Source: Myxococcota bacterium
GTDB taxonomy: Bacteria; Myxococcota_A; UBA9160; UBA4427
DNA: 64,000 bases
Direction of reading: 5' to 3'
Assembly (NCBI GenBank): GCA_041440805.1
Contig: JASDVF010000050.1
Location: 77,012 to 141,011 of the forward strand
The notes beneath the pieces are model-generated. The model did no database searches. It was not told where the DNA came from and was given only the letters and a program-made list of their open reading frames with translations. This document shows positions 55,011-64,000 of this stretch, piece after piece. The position numbers and the translations under genes are program-made. Each line of letters begins with the position of its first letter. Position 1 is the stretch's first letter.

Positions 55011-56435
55011 CTATCCACTCTTCGCACGTGCCGAACGGTATGCATCAAGTGCCCGTTCGCGTTGAATCGAATGATCGACAATCGGGCTCGGGTAGTCGAT
55101 CGGAGGCTCTTTAGCCTTCCACGGCACGTGGATAAAACGGGTCTCAACCCCTCGAAGCTCGGGAATAAACCGGCGAACGTAAATACCCTCAGGGTCCCAT
55201 TTCTGGCCTTGAAGCGTCGGATTGAAAATTCGGAAATAGGGCTGGCTATCCGTCCCCGTCGATGCTGCCCACTGCCAGCCACCGCTATTCGAGGCGGGGT
55301 CTCCATCGACCAGCAAATCAAAGAAGTGCCGGGCCCCTCTCCGCCAATCGATCAGAAGATCTTTCGTAAGAAAGCTCGCAACGATCATGCGAACGCGATT
55401 GTGCATCCAGCCTGTCTGCGCGAGTTGCCGCATACCCGCATCAACGATCGGGTACCCCGTCTTCCCCAAACGCCATGCTTCGAATTCGGCATCGCTCCCG
55501 GACCATTCCAGTTGATCGTATTCACGCCGGAAATTTTGCGTCAGTACCCGTGGCGAATTCGCCAGTACCATCGCGTAGAACTCACGCCAGACAAGCTCGT
55601 CGAGCCATTTCCGAACCCCCCCCATCGCAGCTGGCTGCGCTTCACCTAACGCGAGTGCCTCGTCGAAGCATCTTCGAGGCGAGATGACGCCAAATCTCAA
55701 ATACGGAGAGAGCCTCGAAGTTCCGTCAACGTCCGGGAAGTCGCGACTCACCTCATAGCCCGAAACGCTATCCGTGAGGAATGATTTCAGTCGACGAGCG
55801 GCCGCTGTCTCACCTCCTGCCGGGAGTCCAACCTTCGATGTCGAAGATGTCGAAGACAAGAGAGCAATCTCCTGATTGTCGGACTTGAGTTCGAGAGGGG
55901 TCGCGGGGAGACGAACGCGCTTCGCCGCATGACGAGGAGCCTCGAACCATCGGGTCCACCATGCATTTTTGTAAGGCGTATAGACGGAATAAACACCGTC
56001 CTGCTTCGTGCGAATCTCGTCGGGACCGAAGACCGTGTGATCCCGGATCACGAGTGCGCGCGCCCCAACCTTTTTAATTGCAGCTCCGACCGCTTCGTCC
56101 CTGCGCCGTGCAAGCGGAGTATCCGCTTCCCCGAACGACACGATTTCAGATCGAGTTTCTTCGACGAGCCTCGCAAGAACCTCAGCCGGATCACCCTCTC
56201 GAATGCAAAGAGAGACGCCTCTGCTGTCCAGATCATCTCTAAGTCGTGAAACGCAGTCCTTCAGAAAACGAACTCTCGGCAGATCAGGGTCGTCGCCGAG
56301 GAAATCGGGATCGAAAATAAAGACGGGAAGCCACTCATCTACTCGATCAGCGAGTGCCAAGAGGGTGGTGTTGTCACGAAGCCGGAGATCATTCCGGAAC
56401 CAATGCAGACCGCGGACAGGACTCACGAGGCACAC
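55011..56435 (-). CDS. phrB: Deoxyribodipyrimidine photolyase (class I CPD type)
   Basis: N-terminal LHWFRNDLRLRDN. FAD-binding C-terminus TGYPIVDAGMRQL..TGWMHNRVRMIVASFL..GDPASNSGGWQWAASTG. Confidence 0.9.
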   Translation of the reverse strand: MCLVSPVRGLHWFRNDLRLRDNTTLLALADRVDEWLPVFIFDPDFLGDDPDLPRVRFLKDCVSRLRDDLDSRGVSLCIREGDPAEVLARLVEETRSEIVSFGEADTPLARRRDEAVGAAIKKVGARALVIRDHTVFGPDEIRTKQDGVYSVYTPYKNAWWTRWFEAPRHAAKRVRLPATPLELKSDNQEIALLSSTSSTSKVGLPAGGETAAARRLKSFLTDSVSGYEVSRDFPDVDGTSRLSPYLRFGVISPRRCFDEALALGEAQPAAMGGVRKWLDELVWREFYAMVLANSPRVLTQNFRREYDQLEWSGSDAEFEAWRLGKTGYPIVDAGMRQLAQTGWMHNRVRMIVASFLTKDLLIDWRRGARHFFDLLVDGDPASNSGGWQWAASTGTDSQPYFRIFNPTLQGQKWDPEGIYVRRFIPELRGVETRFIHVPWKAKEPPIDYPSPIVDHSIQRERALDAYRSARAKSG

Positions 56436-57427
56436 TTATCGTCGAGGATTCGACGCACGAGTCGAGACGCGCTCATATATCCATCTTCTACGCGATCGCC
56501 GAGGGTCCAATCGCCACACACTCCCAAGCTTTGTTCGGCATCCCAGAGCGGACCCGATCGCAGGGGGTGCAAAGCGCGGGACAAAAGCCATCGATGCATC
56601 GCGGAAAAATCAGTCGGAGGGAGCGCGCTTCCGACGGCCTCTTGGAACGTCAACAGCAGTGATCTCGTCACGTCACTTGCATCGGCGTCAAGATTCGAGG
56701 CGCTCCATTCGACGGTTGAATGCAGTACCCAGCAAGCCTCCGGCCCTCGCCCCGGCTTCGAGCTATTTCGCGCGACCCAAGACAAGGTGTCAGAATCAAC
56801 GAAGGCCGCGTCGAATTCTGGATCATAGGATTCCTTGAATCGAACCATCACCGCGTGACAAGGTGCCATGTTCACGAGCCGCACCTCGCGATCGAACTCC
56901 GGAACGCTCGAGAGAAACGGTACAGCCTGTGGTGCTGGGACGGCAATAACAAGCAAATCGAAATCAGGAAATTCAGATCCATCGTGAGCAGTCAGAGTCC
57001 ACCGCTCCCCAACCCGCTTCACTGATTCGATACGCACTCCGAGCGATATATTGAGATCACCGCGAAGGTCTCGCGCAACCGCGCTCATACCGGGACACCC
57101 AACATAACGTTCGACCGGCGATCTTTCAGTTGACTCTCCTCCTCCCGAGAGGCGAACGATTCGACCGGCCCATTTCTCCACAACCCCGTCGGCAAGCCAT
57201 GCTTCAACTTGGTTGCGGAATTCTTCATCGCGTGCCGTGAAGTACTGGGCGCCGTGGTCGAATGCACCGAAATCAGAACGGCGCGTTGAGAGTCGTCCGG
57301 AGGCCCCACGCGCCTTTTCGAATAGCACGACCTCCATCCCTGCGGCTTCGAGTTGTCGTCCGGCGTTTAGGCCGGCTATTCCCGCGCCAATCACCGCGAC
57401 CCTCATGACGTGCCTCCCTTCACCCAT
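56423..57427 (-). CDS. NAD(P)/FAD-dependent oxidoreductase (renalase/amine-oxidase-like)
   Basis: Dinucleotide fold VAVIGAGIAGLNAG..EVVLFEK. Overlaps both neighbouring genes, indicating an operon. Confidence 0.8.
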   Translation of the reverse strand: MGEGRHVMRVAVIGAGIAGLNAGRQLEAAGMEVVLFEKARGASGRLSTRRSDFGAFDHGAQYFTARDEEFRNQVEAWLADGVVEKWAGRIVRLSGGGESTERSPVERYVGCPGMSAVARDLRGDLNISLGVRIESVKRVGERWTLTAHDGSEFPDFDLLVIAVPAPQAVPFLSSVPEFDREVRLVNMAPCHAVMVRFKESYDPEFDAAFVDSDTLSWVARNSSKPGRGPEACWVLHSTVEWSASNLDADASDVTRSLLLTFQEAVGSALPPTDFSAMHRWLLSRALHPLRSGPLWDAEQSLGVCGDWTLGDRVEDGYMSASRLVRRILDDKCAS

Positions 57428-58353
57428 GGCTGCTGGGTAGACGCGTAGTCGTTTCCTCGTAGCTCAAGCACAAGCCCCTGAAGGCGATCAACATATTCGA
57501 TGCGGTCACCGCACGAAATGGATTCAACCCTCGTCATCCCGCGGCTCCCGCCCCAGAGAGTAACTCGCTGGTCGCGCCTTTGCCTAACATTCTTTAAGCA
57601 GCCCGCTACATCGTTCGAATCTTCGGTCACGAATCCCAAATCAAGCACGTTTGCTCGGCTTCCTTCCACTGCGAGAGTCAAGTCTTCTAACGGAACTTCA
57701 GCACCCATGAAAACCACTTCGGCTCCTTTGCTTGCCGCGACCAGGCTCGCGACGAGAAGCCCCAGATCGTGACGCTCGCCACTCGGCGTCGCGAAAATAA
57801 TCCGAGGTCCAACGCCATCCGAACTCCGGATTGAGTCGAGTCGATCAAGGAGTAGAGACCTAAGTATTCCCGTGGCCATATACTCGGAGGAGATCGGCAG
57901 CAGCCCAGCCTCCCAGCGGGAGCCAATCTCATGCGCGAGAGCCATCGCATCATTGCGGGCGAAGGTCATCGTCCCCATGCGTTCGACAAGTTCGGCAAAT
58001 AGGGATCGAACTTTTGAGGCGTCGAGAGCCTCGATCGCTGCTCGAGCCACCATAAAGAGCGACGAATCCGCATCCCAGTCGTGCTCGGATCCTTCCCTTA
58101 ACAGATCCGTCAACGCCGCATCATCCAGCGTCGCGATGTCTCCAATACGATGACCAGACGCAACTGCTCTCCCGAGCAGTCGGAGGCGCTCTAGATCGGC
58201 GGCTGAACACTGACTAGTTCCTCCGCCGCTGCGAGCGGGCAAGACGGCAGCGTGACGCGTCTCCCAGGACCGAATCCTCTCTGCCGCGATCCCTGAGAGC
58301 CGAGCGGCGACGCGAATGGGGAACCGTCCTTGTTCATCTTGCTCATCGCTCAT
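57403..58353 (-). CDS. MerR-family regulator with C-terminal B12-binding domain (LitR/CarH-like photoreceptor regulator)
   Basis: MerR HTH (FPIRVAARLSGIAAERIRSWE). The C-terminal PSGERHDLGLLVASLVAASKGAEVVFMGAEVPLEDL carries an ExHxxG-type cobalamin-binding motif. ATG 58353 is preceded by GGGAGG at 6 nt. Confidence 0.75.
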   Translation of the reverse strand: MSDEQDEQGRFPIRVAARLSGIAAERIRSWETRHAAVLPARSGGGTSQCSAADLERLRLLGRAVASGHRIGDIATLDDAALTDLLREGSEHDWDADSSLFMVARAAIEALDASKVRSLFAELVERMGTMTFARNDAMALAHEIGSRWEAGLLPISSEYMATGILRSLLLDRLDSIRSSDGVGPRIIFATPSGERHDLGLLVASLVAASKGAEVVFMGAEVPLEDLTLAVEGSRANVLDLGFVTEDSNDVAGCLKNVRQRRDQRVTLWGGSRGMTRVESISCGDRIEYVDRLQGLVLELRGNDYASTQQPWVKGGTS

Positions 58354-58439
58354 TGCTCGCCTCCCTCTGCGGATATTCGGGCCGCCGACTCTAGGGTCTC
58401 GTTCATCAGTGTGAAGTTCTCCTGGGCCATCGAGATTGG

Positions 58440-58545
58440 ACAAATTAATAATTACCCGGGGGGATTAATTATCTCGACAATATATAGACTTTGTACAGAT
58501 TTTATCTTTACATAATTACTTTTATAGACCATTATACTGAAACGC
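58440..58545. promoter_or_regulatory. AT-rich divergent promoter/operator region between the LitR-like operon and the sigma factor gene
   Basis: Sharp local AT enrichment in a GC-rich genome (AATTAATAATTACCCGGGGGGATTAATTAT...TTGTACAGATTTTATCTTTACATAATTACTTTTATAGACCATTATACT), with several -10/-35-like hexamers and a TGTACA palindrome. Confidence 0.4.
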
Positions 58546-58567
58546 TGACCACACGGAGACAGAAACT

Positions 58568-59836
58568 ATGTCCGCGAAGAACTCCACGAAAGCCCAAGCC
58601 GCCCACCTCGAGCCCAGGGACCGGCAGATCCTCCAGAACTACCTCGACGATATTTACGACACCCCGGTCCTTGAGACAGAAGAGCAAAACCGCCTCTTCG
58701 TGAATATGGAAGTTGCGGAAGTCAGTCTGCGCGAGGCGCTCGCCCAAATTCCAGCTGTCGCGCAACACCTCATCGAGCGCTGGAACGACCGCCGGGGTCG
58801 CGGACTCGTCACAGGAGCCCTTTCAAAGTTCCACCGAGACGGAACGACGAAGAACATCAACGAACGAGTCGATGCAGACCTGGGACGGATAGAGGTCCTC
58901 CTCCGCCGACTTTCGGCAGCCAGACAAGGTAAATCCGAACGCCAGCGCAAAGCGCTTGCTCAGGAACTTTTGGCTGCGGACATTTCGCTTCCGATTTTCC
59001 TCGCCATCCAGGACGAACTCAACGTTTCCAACCGGAGACGACGTGGACGCCTGCCTCTAGAAGACCAACCTCATCTTCGAGCCGCGAACGAAGCACTCGC
59101 TCGCCTAACCGATTCCAAGAATCGTTTTATCCAGCACAATCTTCGGCTCGTCGTTGTCTGTGCCAAGGATTTCCGAAATCGAGGCGTTGCCTTCATCGAT
59201 CTGATCCAAGAAGGCAATGTCGGGCTTATCCGAGCCGTGGAAAAGTTTGACTTTCGGCGTGGTTACACATTTTCGACTTACGCCATCTGGTGGATCGAAC
59301 AAGCACTCGTACGAGCGGTCGCAAACGACTCTCGAACGATTCGAATCCCGAGTCCGATTCAGGATCAGCAACGAGCATTCCGACGGCTTGAAGAGTTGCA
59401 TCGCACTACATCCTCCTCGGAACCCACCCCATTCGAGCTCATCGAAACAATGGGGCTTGATGACGCACTGGGAGACGATCTTCGACGCAGCTTAAGTCCC
59501 GAAATTTCCAGCCACAGTATTGTCGGCGGAACCGAAAACCTCACGATTGAGGACACTTTCGCAGCGGAGGCCGACCCCGATCCCGACGCAAAATTCGACA
59601 ACGAAGCGATTGGCCGACGAGTGGAGGAAATGCTTCCCATCCTCGATGACCGTGCGAAGCTGGTCATAAGAGCCCGTTTTGGTCTTAACGGCGAAGAACC
59701 CGCGTCACTTGCCCAAATAGGGGATCGGATTGGCGTCAGCCGAGAACGCATCCGACAGATCGAGCGCCGTGCGCTAGAAGACCTGCACCAGTCCGAGGTT
59801 GCACTAGACCTCGGCCGCGAGCTCGGCTGTTGTTAG
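58568..59836 (+). CDS. Sigma-70 family RNA polymerase sigma factor (RpoD/RpoS-like, regions 1.2-4)
   Basis: Region 2 DLIQEGNVGLIRAVEKFDFRRGYTFSTYAIWWIEQAL and region 4 LAQIGDRIGVSRERIRQIERRAL. Confidence 0.85.
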   Translation: MSAKNSTKAQAAHLEPRDRQILQNYLDDIYDTPVLETEEQNRLFVNMEVAEVSLREALAQIPAVAQHLIERWNDRRGRGLVTGALSKFHRDGTTKNINERVDADLGRIEVLLRRLSAARQGKSERQRKALAQELLAADISLPIFLAIQDELNVSNRRRRGRLPLEDQPHLRAANEALARLTDSKNRFIQHNLRLVVVCAKDFRNRGVAFIDLIQEGNVGLIRAVEKFDFRRGYTFSTYAIWWIEQALVRAVANDSRTIRIPSPIQDQQRAFRRLEELHRTTSSSEPTPFELIETMGLDDALGDDLRRSLSPEISSHSIVGGTENLTIEDTFAAEADPDPDAKFDNEAIGRRVEEMLPILDDRAKLVIRARFGLNGEEPASLAQIGDRIGVSRERIRQIERRALEDLHQSEVALDLGRELGCC

Positions 59837-59849
59837 GAAGGAAATGTAA

Positions 59850-60263
59850 ATGTCGTCCAGCGATAATCATTGGGATTTTCGAGTCTTCTATGACGCCGAA
59901 TGCCCGCTTTGCGCCCGCGAAATCCAGCTGATTAGGCGCCTGGATCGTAAAAACGGCCGTGTCGACCTGATCGATCTATCCGCACCAGACTTCGACGCCT
60001 CTATCTTCGGACTCGAACAAGCTGCCATCGAAGCGAGAATCCACGGCCAGCTTCCGAGCGGCGAAATCATCGAAGGAGTGGATGTGTTCATCCATTTATA
60101 TCGAGCGGTCGGACTCGGTTGGCTCGCGGCGCCGGCTGGCTGGCCCGGATTCCGAACGCTCATCGACCTAGCCTACGTCTGGTTCGCAAATAATCGATTG
60201 CGACTCACCGGGCGTGCCCCGAAGGTTTGCGCGCTGCCCCAAGAGCCCCCGAAGGCCAACTAA
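59850..60263 (+). CDS. DCC-family (DUF393) thiol-disulfide oxidoreductase
   Basis: N-terminal FYDAECPLCAREI motif. Confidence 0.8.
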   Translation: MSSSDNHWDFRVFYDAECPLCAREIQLIRRLDRKNGRVDLIDLSAPDFDASIFGLEQAAIEARIHGQLPSGEIIEGVDVFIHLYRAVGLGWLAAPAGWPGFRTLIDLAYVWFANNRLRLTGRAPKVCALPQEPPKAN

Positions 60264-60309
60264 TCACGCGGCCCGGTTTATTAGCACGCTCGGCTGTCGC
60301 CGAACCCGT

Positions 60310-60870
60310 TCAGGTCTCGCGGCTGAACACCTCTCGCAGCCCTGCGAAATCGGGGTGATCCGCAGCATGAGATGGCGAGTGAGACCAGACGATATCCAAG
60401 CTCTCTACCGCGAAGATTCCGGGCATGCGCCAAATATCCCCGGACCGAGGTCCGTTAGAATGCCCTTTGGACTTTGCCCGGCGAGTCGCGCGAAGCACTT
60501 GGGGGCCGAGCCCTTCGAGCAAACTGGCACGCCCGACACCGAAGGCGTCGTACAATTCGAGCTCTGGGTCGGCGACCGCGCGAGCTCTCGGCCAATAGCG
60601 CCGCAAAAAAACACGCCCCTCCGTGGCGCTCCCCTGAAAGAAGAAGAGTACGTCGGGATAATCTGGATCAGCCTCCTCGGCGGCCCGGATATCAGCAATC
60701 GCCTCTCGGCAGAAAATGCATCCAAAATGGCGAAGAAATACGAATAGCGTGCGCTCAGAAACGATTTGGTCCGCCAGCGTCCCGGGGCTTAAACCGACTC
60801 CAAACACGGGCCGAACAAGCACGGCCTCTGGAATTCTGGTTCGCTCGTCTGATTCTGAAATTCTGGACAA
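60310..60870 (-). CDS. Peroxiredoxin-like (AhpC/TSA-related) thioredoxin-fold protein
   Basis: TLFVFLRHFGCIFCRE (CxxC) in a thioredoxin-fold context. Confidence 0.75.
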   Translation of the reverse strand: MSRISESDERTRIPEAVLVRPVFGVGLSPGTLADQIVSERTLFVFLRHFGCIFCREAIADIRAAEEADPDYPDVLFFFQGSATEGRVFLRRYWPRARAVADPELELYDAFGVGRASLLEGLGPQVLRATRRAKSKGHSNGPRSGDIWRMPGIFAVESLDIVWSHSPSHAADHPDFAGLREVFSRET

Positions 60871-61057
60871 TCAAGACCTCGGTCTACGGGATGATAGATG
60901 CTAGCGCCTGATCACTTGGCGCCCATCGCGGAGATACGTTCTATCGTCTGCCGCGAGCCGCAACGCCCGGGCATTGCTCCGCGTCCACGCTCCACGAAGG
61001 CTCGCTCGCCTTCATCAACCCGCGACACATGTCGCTAAATAATTCAGGAAGAACAAC

Positions 61058-62503
61058 ATGTCGACGGCTGACAACACACCCGATGCGATCGTCATCGGCT
61101 CAGGTCCCAACGGCCTCGCCGCAGCAATCGAGCTTGCGCGAAATGGCGTCTCCGTTCGGGTTATCGAAGCCGCTGATGAAATCGGTGGAGGAACGAGAAG
61201 TGCGGAGCTCACGCTTCCGGGCTTCGTTCACGATATCTGCTCCGCAGTTCATCCTATGGGCATACTCTCGCCGTTCTATCGACAACTTCCGCTCGATGAA
61301 TTCGGGCTCGAATGGGTCGTGCCCCCGGCCTCCGTCGCTCATCCCCTCGATGATGGGGATGCAATCATGCTCTACAAATCGCTTGAGCGGACAGCGGAAG
61401 GCCTCGGCAGGGACGAACGAAACTATATCCGGCTCATTAAGCCACTCATGCATGACGTGCACGGGTTACTCGCCGACGCCCTGGCGCCGCTCGGAATTCC
61501 CAAACATCCGATTCAGATGGCGCGCTTCGGTCTTCGTGCCGCATTCTCGGCCAATCGACTCGCAAAGATCATCTTCAGAGAAGAACGAGCGCGCGCCCTA
61601 TTAGGCGGATGCGGCGGACATTCAGTCCTGCCCCTGAGTCAGCCGCTCACCGCGGCTCTCGGAACGCTATTCCTACTCACGGCCCACGTCGAGAATTGGC
61701 CGGTCGCTCGCGGCGGTTCTCAATCGATCGCGCTCGCACTCGGCCGATATTTCGAAAGCCTCGGCGGCACGATCGAAACAGGGAACCGCGTCGACCGACT
61801 GGATGCTTTGCCTAACGCCCCAGTCGTGATATTCGACACGTCTCCTGAACAGCTCTCGACGATCGCCGGTGACGCACTTCCCGCAGGCTATCGGCGCCGA
61901 CTCGGCCGCTATCGCTACGGCCCAGGGGTCTTCAAGATCGACTGGGCACTCGATGGTCCGATTCCTTGGCGGGATCCGAACTGCCTCGAAGCCTCCACAG
62001 TTCATGTCGGCGGCACACTCGATGAAATAGCCGCCTCCGAACGAGCCATGTATCGCGGCCAACATAGCGACCGGCCCTATCTCATCTTGTGCCAACAAAG
62101 TCAGTTTGATTCGACGCGCGCGCCGGAAGGGAAACATACAGGGTACGCCTACTGCCATGTTCCCCATGGATCGACGGTCGACCGAACCGAAGCGATCGAA
62201 GCGCAAGTCGAGCGATTCGCGCCGGGCTTCCGAGACCTCATTTTGGCTAGACATACTATGAATACGGTCGAATTCGAAGCTCACAATCCGAACTACAAAG
62301 GTGGCGCGATCACCGGCGGCGTCGCCGATGCGCTGCAGCTCTTCAATCGCCCGGTCACGCGAATCGACCCGTACGCCACGCCAAACCCAAGGCTCTTCAT
62401 ATGCTCAGCCGCTACGCCACCAGGCGGAGGCGTACACGGACAAGGCGGCTATCACGCTGCGCAGTCCGCTCTCAAGCGTCTCGGACGGAACTCCCGCACA
62501 TGA
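61058..62503 (+). CDS. Phytoene-desaturase-family (CrtI-like) NAD(P)/FAD-dependent oxidoreductase
   Basis: AIVIGSGPNGLAAAIELARNGVSVRVIEA dinucleotide fold. 481 aa with a C-terminal ..PPGGGVHG.. region typical of the family. Confidence 0.8.
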   Translation: MSTADNTPDAIVIGSGPNGLAAAIELARNGVSVRVIEAADEIGGGTRSAELTLPGFVHDICSAVHPMGILSPFYRQLPLDEFGLEWVVPPASVAHPLDDGDAIMLYKSLERTAEGLGRDERNYIRLIKPLMHDVHGLLADALAPLGIPKHPIQMARFGLRAAFSANRLAKIIFREERARALLGGCGGHSVLPLSQPLTAALGTLFLLTAHVENWPVARGGSQSIALALGRYFESLGGTIETGNRVDRLDALPNAPVVIFDTSPEQLSTIAGDALPAGYRRRLGRYRYGPGVFKIDWALDGPIPWRDPNCLEASTVHVGGTLDEIAASERAMYRGQHSDRPYLILCQQSQFDSTRAPEGKHTGYAYCHVPHGSTVDRTEAIEAQVERFAPGFRDLILARHTMNTVEFEAHNPNYKGGAITGGVADALQLFNRPVTRIDPYATPNPRLFICSAATPPGGGVHGQGGYHAAQSALKRLGRNSRT

Positions 62504-62732
62504 ACCCGTTCGGCCCTCGACGAATCTGCGCGACGGGGCAAGAGTCTCAGCGAGAAAAGAAGCTCACGCATCGTCCCTATTTGCACCACCACGGAAATCG
62601 AGCTCGCTTGCGAAACGCCGTAACTCGACCGCTGGAAGCGAACCCGAACGGCTCCTAAACTTCGTAAATATTTCGAATGCGCTTCTTCGACAATGCAAAG
62701 CCCCGTCACTCCTTAAAAGGAACCTTGGAACC

Positions 62733-63605
62733 ATGCGGATCGTACTCTTCCTTCTGACGAACCTCGCGGTCGTCCTTGTGGTCTCGGTCGTTTTTTCCGT
62801 CTTCGGAATCGGCGGCGTGCTCGACGAACAAGGAATCGATCTCGACCTTCAGGGATTGATGGCCTACTCCGCCGTTATCGGCTTCACGGGCTCCTTCATT
62901 TCCCTCGCCATGTCCAAGTTCATGGCGAAGCGTTCGACGCGCTGTCAAAACATCGAGGATTCACGCGACCCCGAGGCGCAGTGGATCGTAAGCCGAGTGC
63001 GGGCGCACTCCGAAGCCGCCGGCATCAGTATGCCTGAGGTCTGCATCTTTCCGGCGAGCGGGCCTAATGCCTTTGCGACAGGAATGCGACGCAACGCAGC
63101 GCTCGTCGCCGTCTCGAGCGGCCTTCTCGAAAGCATGAGCCGCAACGAAGTCGATGCGGTCATCGGCCATGAGATCGCCCACATCGCAAACGGCGACATG
63201 ATCACCCTCACGCTAATCCAAGGCGTCCTGAACACCTTCGTCGTCTTTTTCTCCCGAGTCATCGGTCATTTCGTTGACCGCCTCATATTCAAGACCGAAC
63301 GTGGTCATGGACCGGGCTATTGGATCGTCTCTATCCTTGCCCAAATCATGCTAGGCGTCCTCGCCTCCATCATCGTCGCGTGGTTTTCGCGGCGCCGCGA
63401 GTTCCGAGCCGATATCGGCGGAGCACTATACGCCGGCAGTGAAAACATGATCGCAGCGCTCGAACGCCTAAAGGGCGGAACTGCGGAGCTCCCGGACGGC
63501 ATGGCAGCCTTTGGCATCGCGGGCGGCGGCGTGGCCGCGCTCTTCTCGACGCACCCGCCACTTGATGAACGCATCGCGGCCTTACGCGCCCACCGGGCCG
63601 GTTAG
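62733..63605 (+). CDS. htpX: Zinc metalloprotease HtpX (M48)
   Basis: N-terminal TM helices (MRIVLFLLTNLAVVLVV), HEIAHIANGDM (HExxH) and C-terminal ..THPPLDERIAAL. The listed ORF start 62301 is an out-of-context extension. Confidence 0.9.
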   Translation: MRIVLFLLTNLAVVLVVSVVFSVFGIGGVLDEQGIDLDLQGLMAYSAVIGFTGSFISLAMSKFMAKRSTRCQNIEDSRDPEAQWIVSRVRAHSEAAGISMPEVCIFPASGPNAFATGMRRNAALVAVSSGLLESMSRNEVDAVIGHEIAHIANGDMITLTLIQGVLNTFVVFFSRVIGHFVDRLIFKTERGHGPGYWIVSILAQIMLGVLASIIVAWFSRRREFRADIGGALYAGSENMIAALERLKGGTAELPDGMAAFGIAGGGVAALFSTHPPLDERIAALRAHRAG

Positions 63606-63659
63606 ATCACCAGCCCTTAAAACTTTCTCATCGCATTCCGAAATCCGAAGGAGCACTCC

Positions 63660-64000
63660 ATGCCTGCCCACTACTCGGGAACGTCATTCGCTAAACAGTT
63701 CGGAGCCTGGGCGGTCATAGCGGGCGGATCCGATGGCATCGGTGGGGCTTTCGCAAAAGACGCGGCAGCACGTGGGTTGAACGTCGCCATTATTGCGAGG
63801 CGGGCTGAGCCCCTTGAAAAGCTGGCAAGCCAAATTGCTTCAGAGTACGCCGTTGAAACCCGAACGATTCAAGCAGATCTCACTAGCCAAGACATGGTTG
63901 CGCAGATCGCCGCCGCAACAGACGATCTCGACGTCGGCCTCTTCGTCTACAACGCAGGTTCGAGCCTACACACCGCGGGCTTCCTTGATCAATCGGTTGA
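63660..64000 (+). CDS. SDR family oxidoreductase, 3' end outside window
   Basis: GAAGGAG then ATG 63660. Translation MPAHYSGTSFAKQFGAWAVIAGGSDGIGGAFAKDAAARGLNVAIIARR... contains the GGSDGIG Rossmann motif and ..YNAG... The frame is open to the window end. Confidence 0.75.
   Translation, partial: MPAHYSGTSFAKQFGAWAVIAGGSDGIGGAFAKDAAARGLNVAIIARRAEPLEKLASQIASEYAVETRTIQADLTSQDMVAQIAAATDDLDVGLFVYNAGSSLHTAGFLDQSV

Noticed and set aside
58470-58515. CarH-type 11-bp direct-repeat operator (nAnnTnnACAnn)
   Set aside because: ACA triplets occur at 58477, 58495 and 58510, giving spacings of 18 and 15 nt instead of 11. No consistent repeat register exists.
62301-62732. N-terminal 144-codon extension of the HtpX ORF
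   Set aside because: It overlaps the end of the CrtI-like gene and is low complexity. HtpX homology and the first TM helix begin at ATG 62733.
1-64000. Search by eye for CRISPR repeats, IS/transposase or integrase genes, rRNA/tRNA genes, toxin-antitoxin pairs or known defence systems
   Set aside because: None recognised. The paralog-rich content looks like chromosomal metabolic expansion and not a mobile island.

Overview
GC-rich (about 60% by eye) bacterial chromosomal segment, densely coding on both strands, with about 65 genes. I recognised no rRNA, tRNA, CRISPR array, transposase or integrase. Most genes encode accessory redox or catabolic enzymes: six SDRs, two P450s, two intact LLM-type oxidoreductases plus one remnant, a Rieske oxygenase, two TauD/TfdA dioxygenases, two PQQ-type dehydrogenases, two sulfotransferases, a Zn-ADH, a GST, an amidohydrolase, an esterase and two DUF385-type proteins. 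Transporters are an MFS, a DUF4212+SSS symporter pair and modABC. The main finding is a two-gene module present twice as diverged paralogs (7943-9554 and 31294-33011). Each copy pairs an uncharacterised 333-373 aa protein with a small protein whose reading frame is interrupted by an in-frame TGA. That TGA sits in an identical U-G-S-C context in both copies, and a SECIS-like hairpin with a GU-containing loop follows 11-13 nt downstream. I read these as selenocysteine proteins that the ORF track splits or misses. Other points: a light-response island (B12-binding MerR/LitR-CarH-like regulator, FAD oxidoreductase, photolyase and YbgA, divergent from a sigma-70 gene across an AT-rich region); a tungsten/molybdenum-type aldehyde:ferredoxin oxidoreductase with a convergent MoaD-like Gly-Gly protein, plus modABC elsewhere in the window; a 1.3 kb gene-poor, apparently decayed region (33.9-35.2 kb) with a possible cobalamin-riboswitch-like leader; and several gene remnants. 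All calls come from reading the sequence and translations. No searches or folding programs were run, and family names are from memory of motifs.
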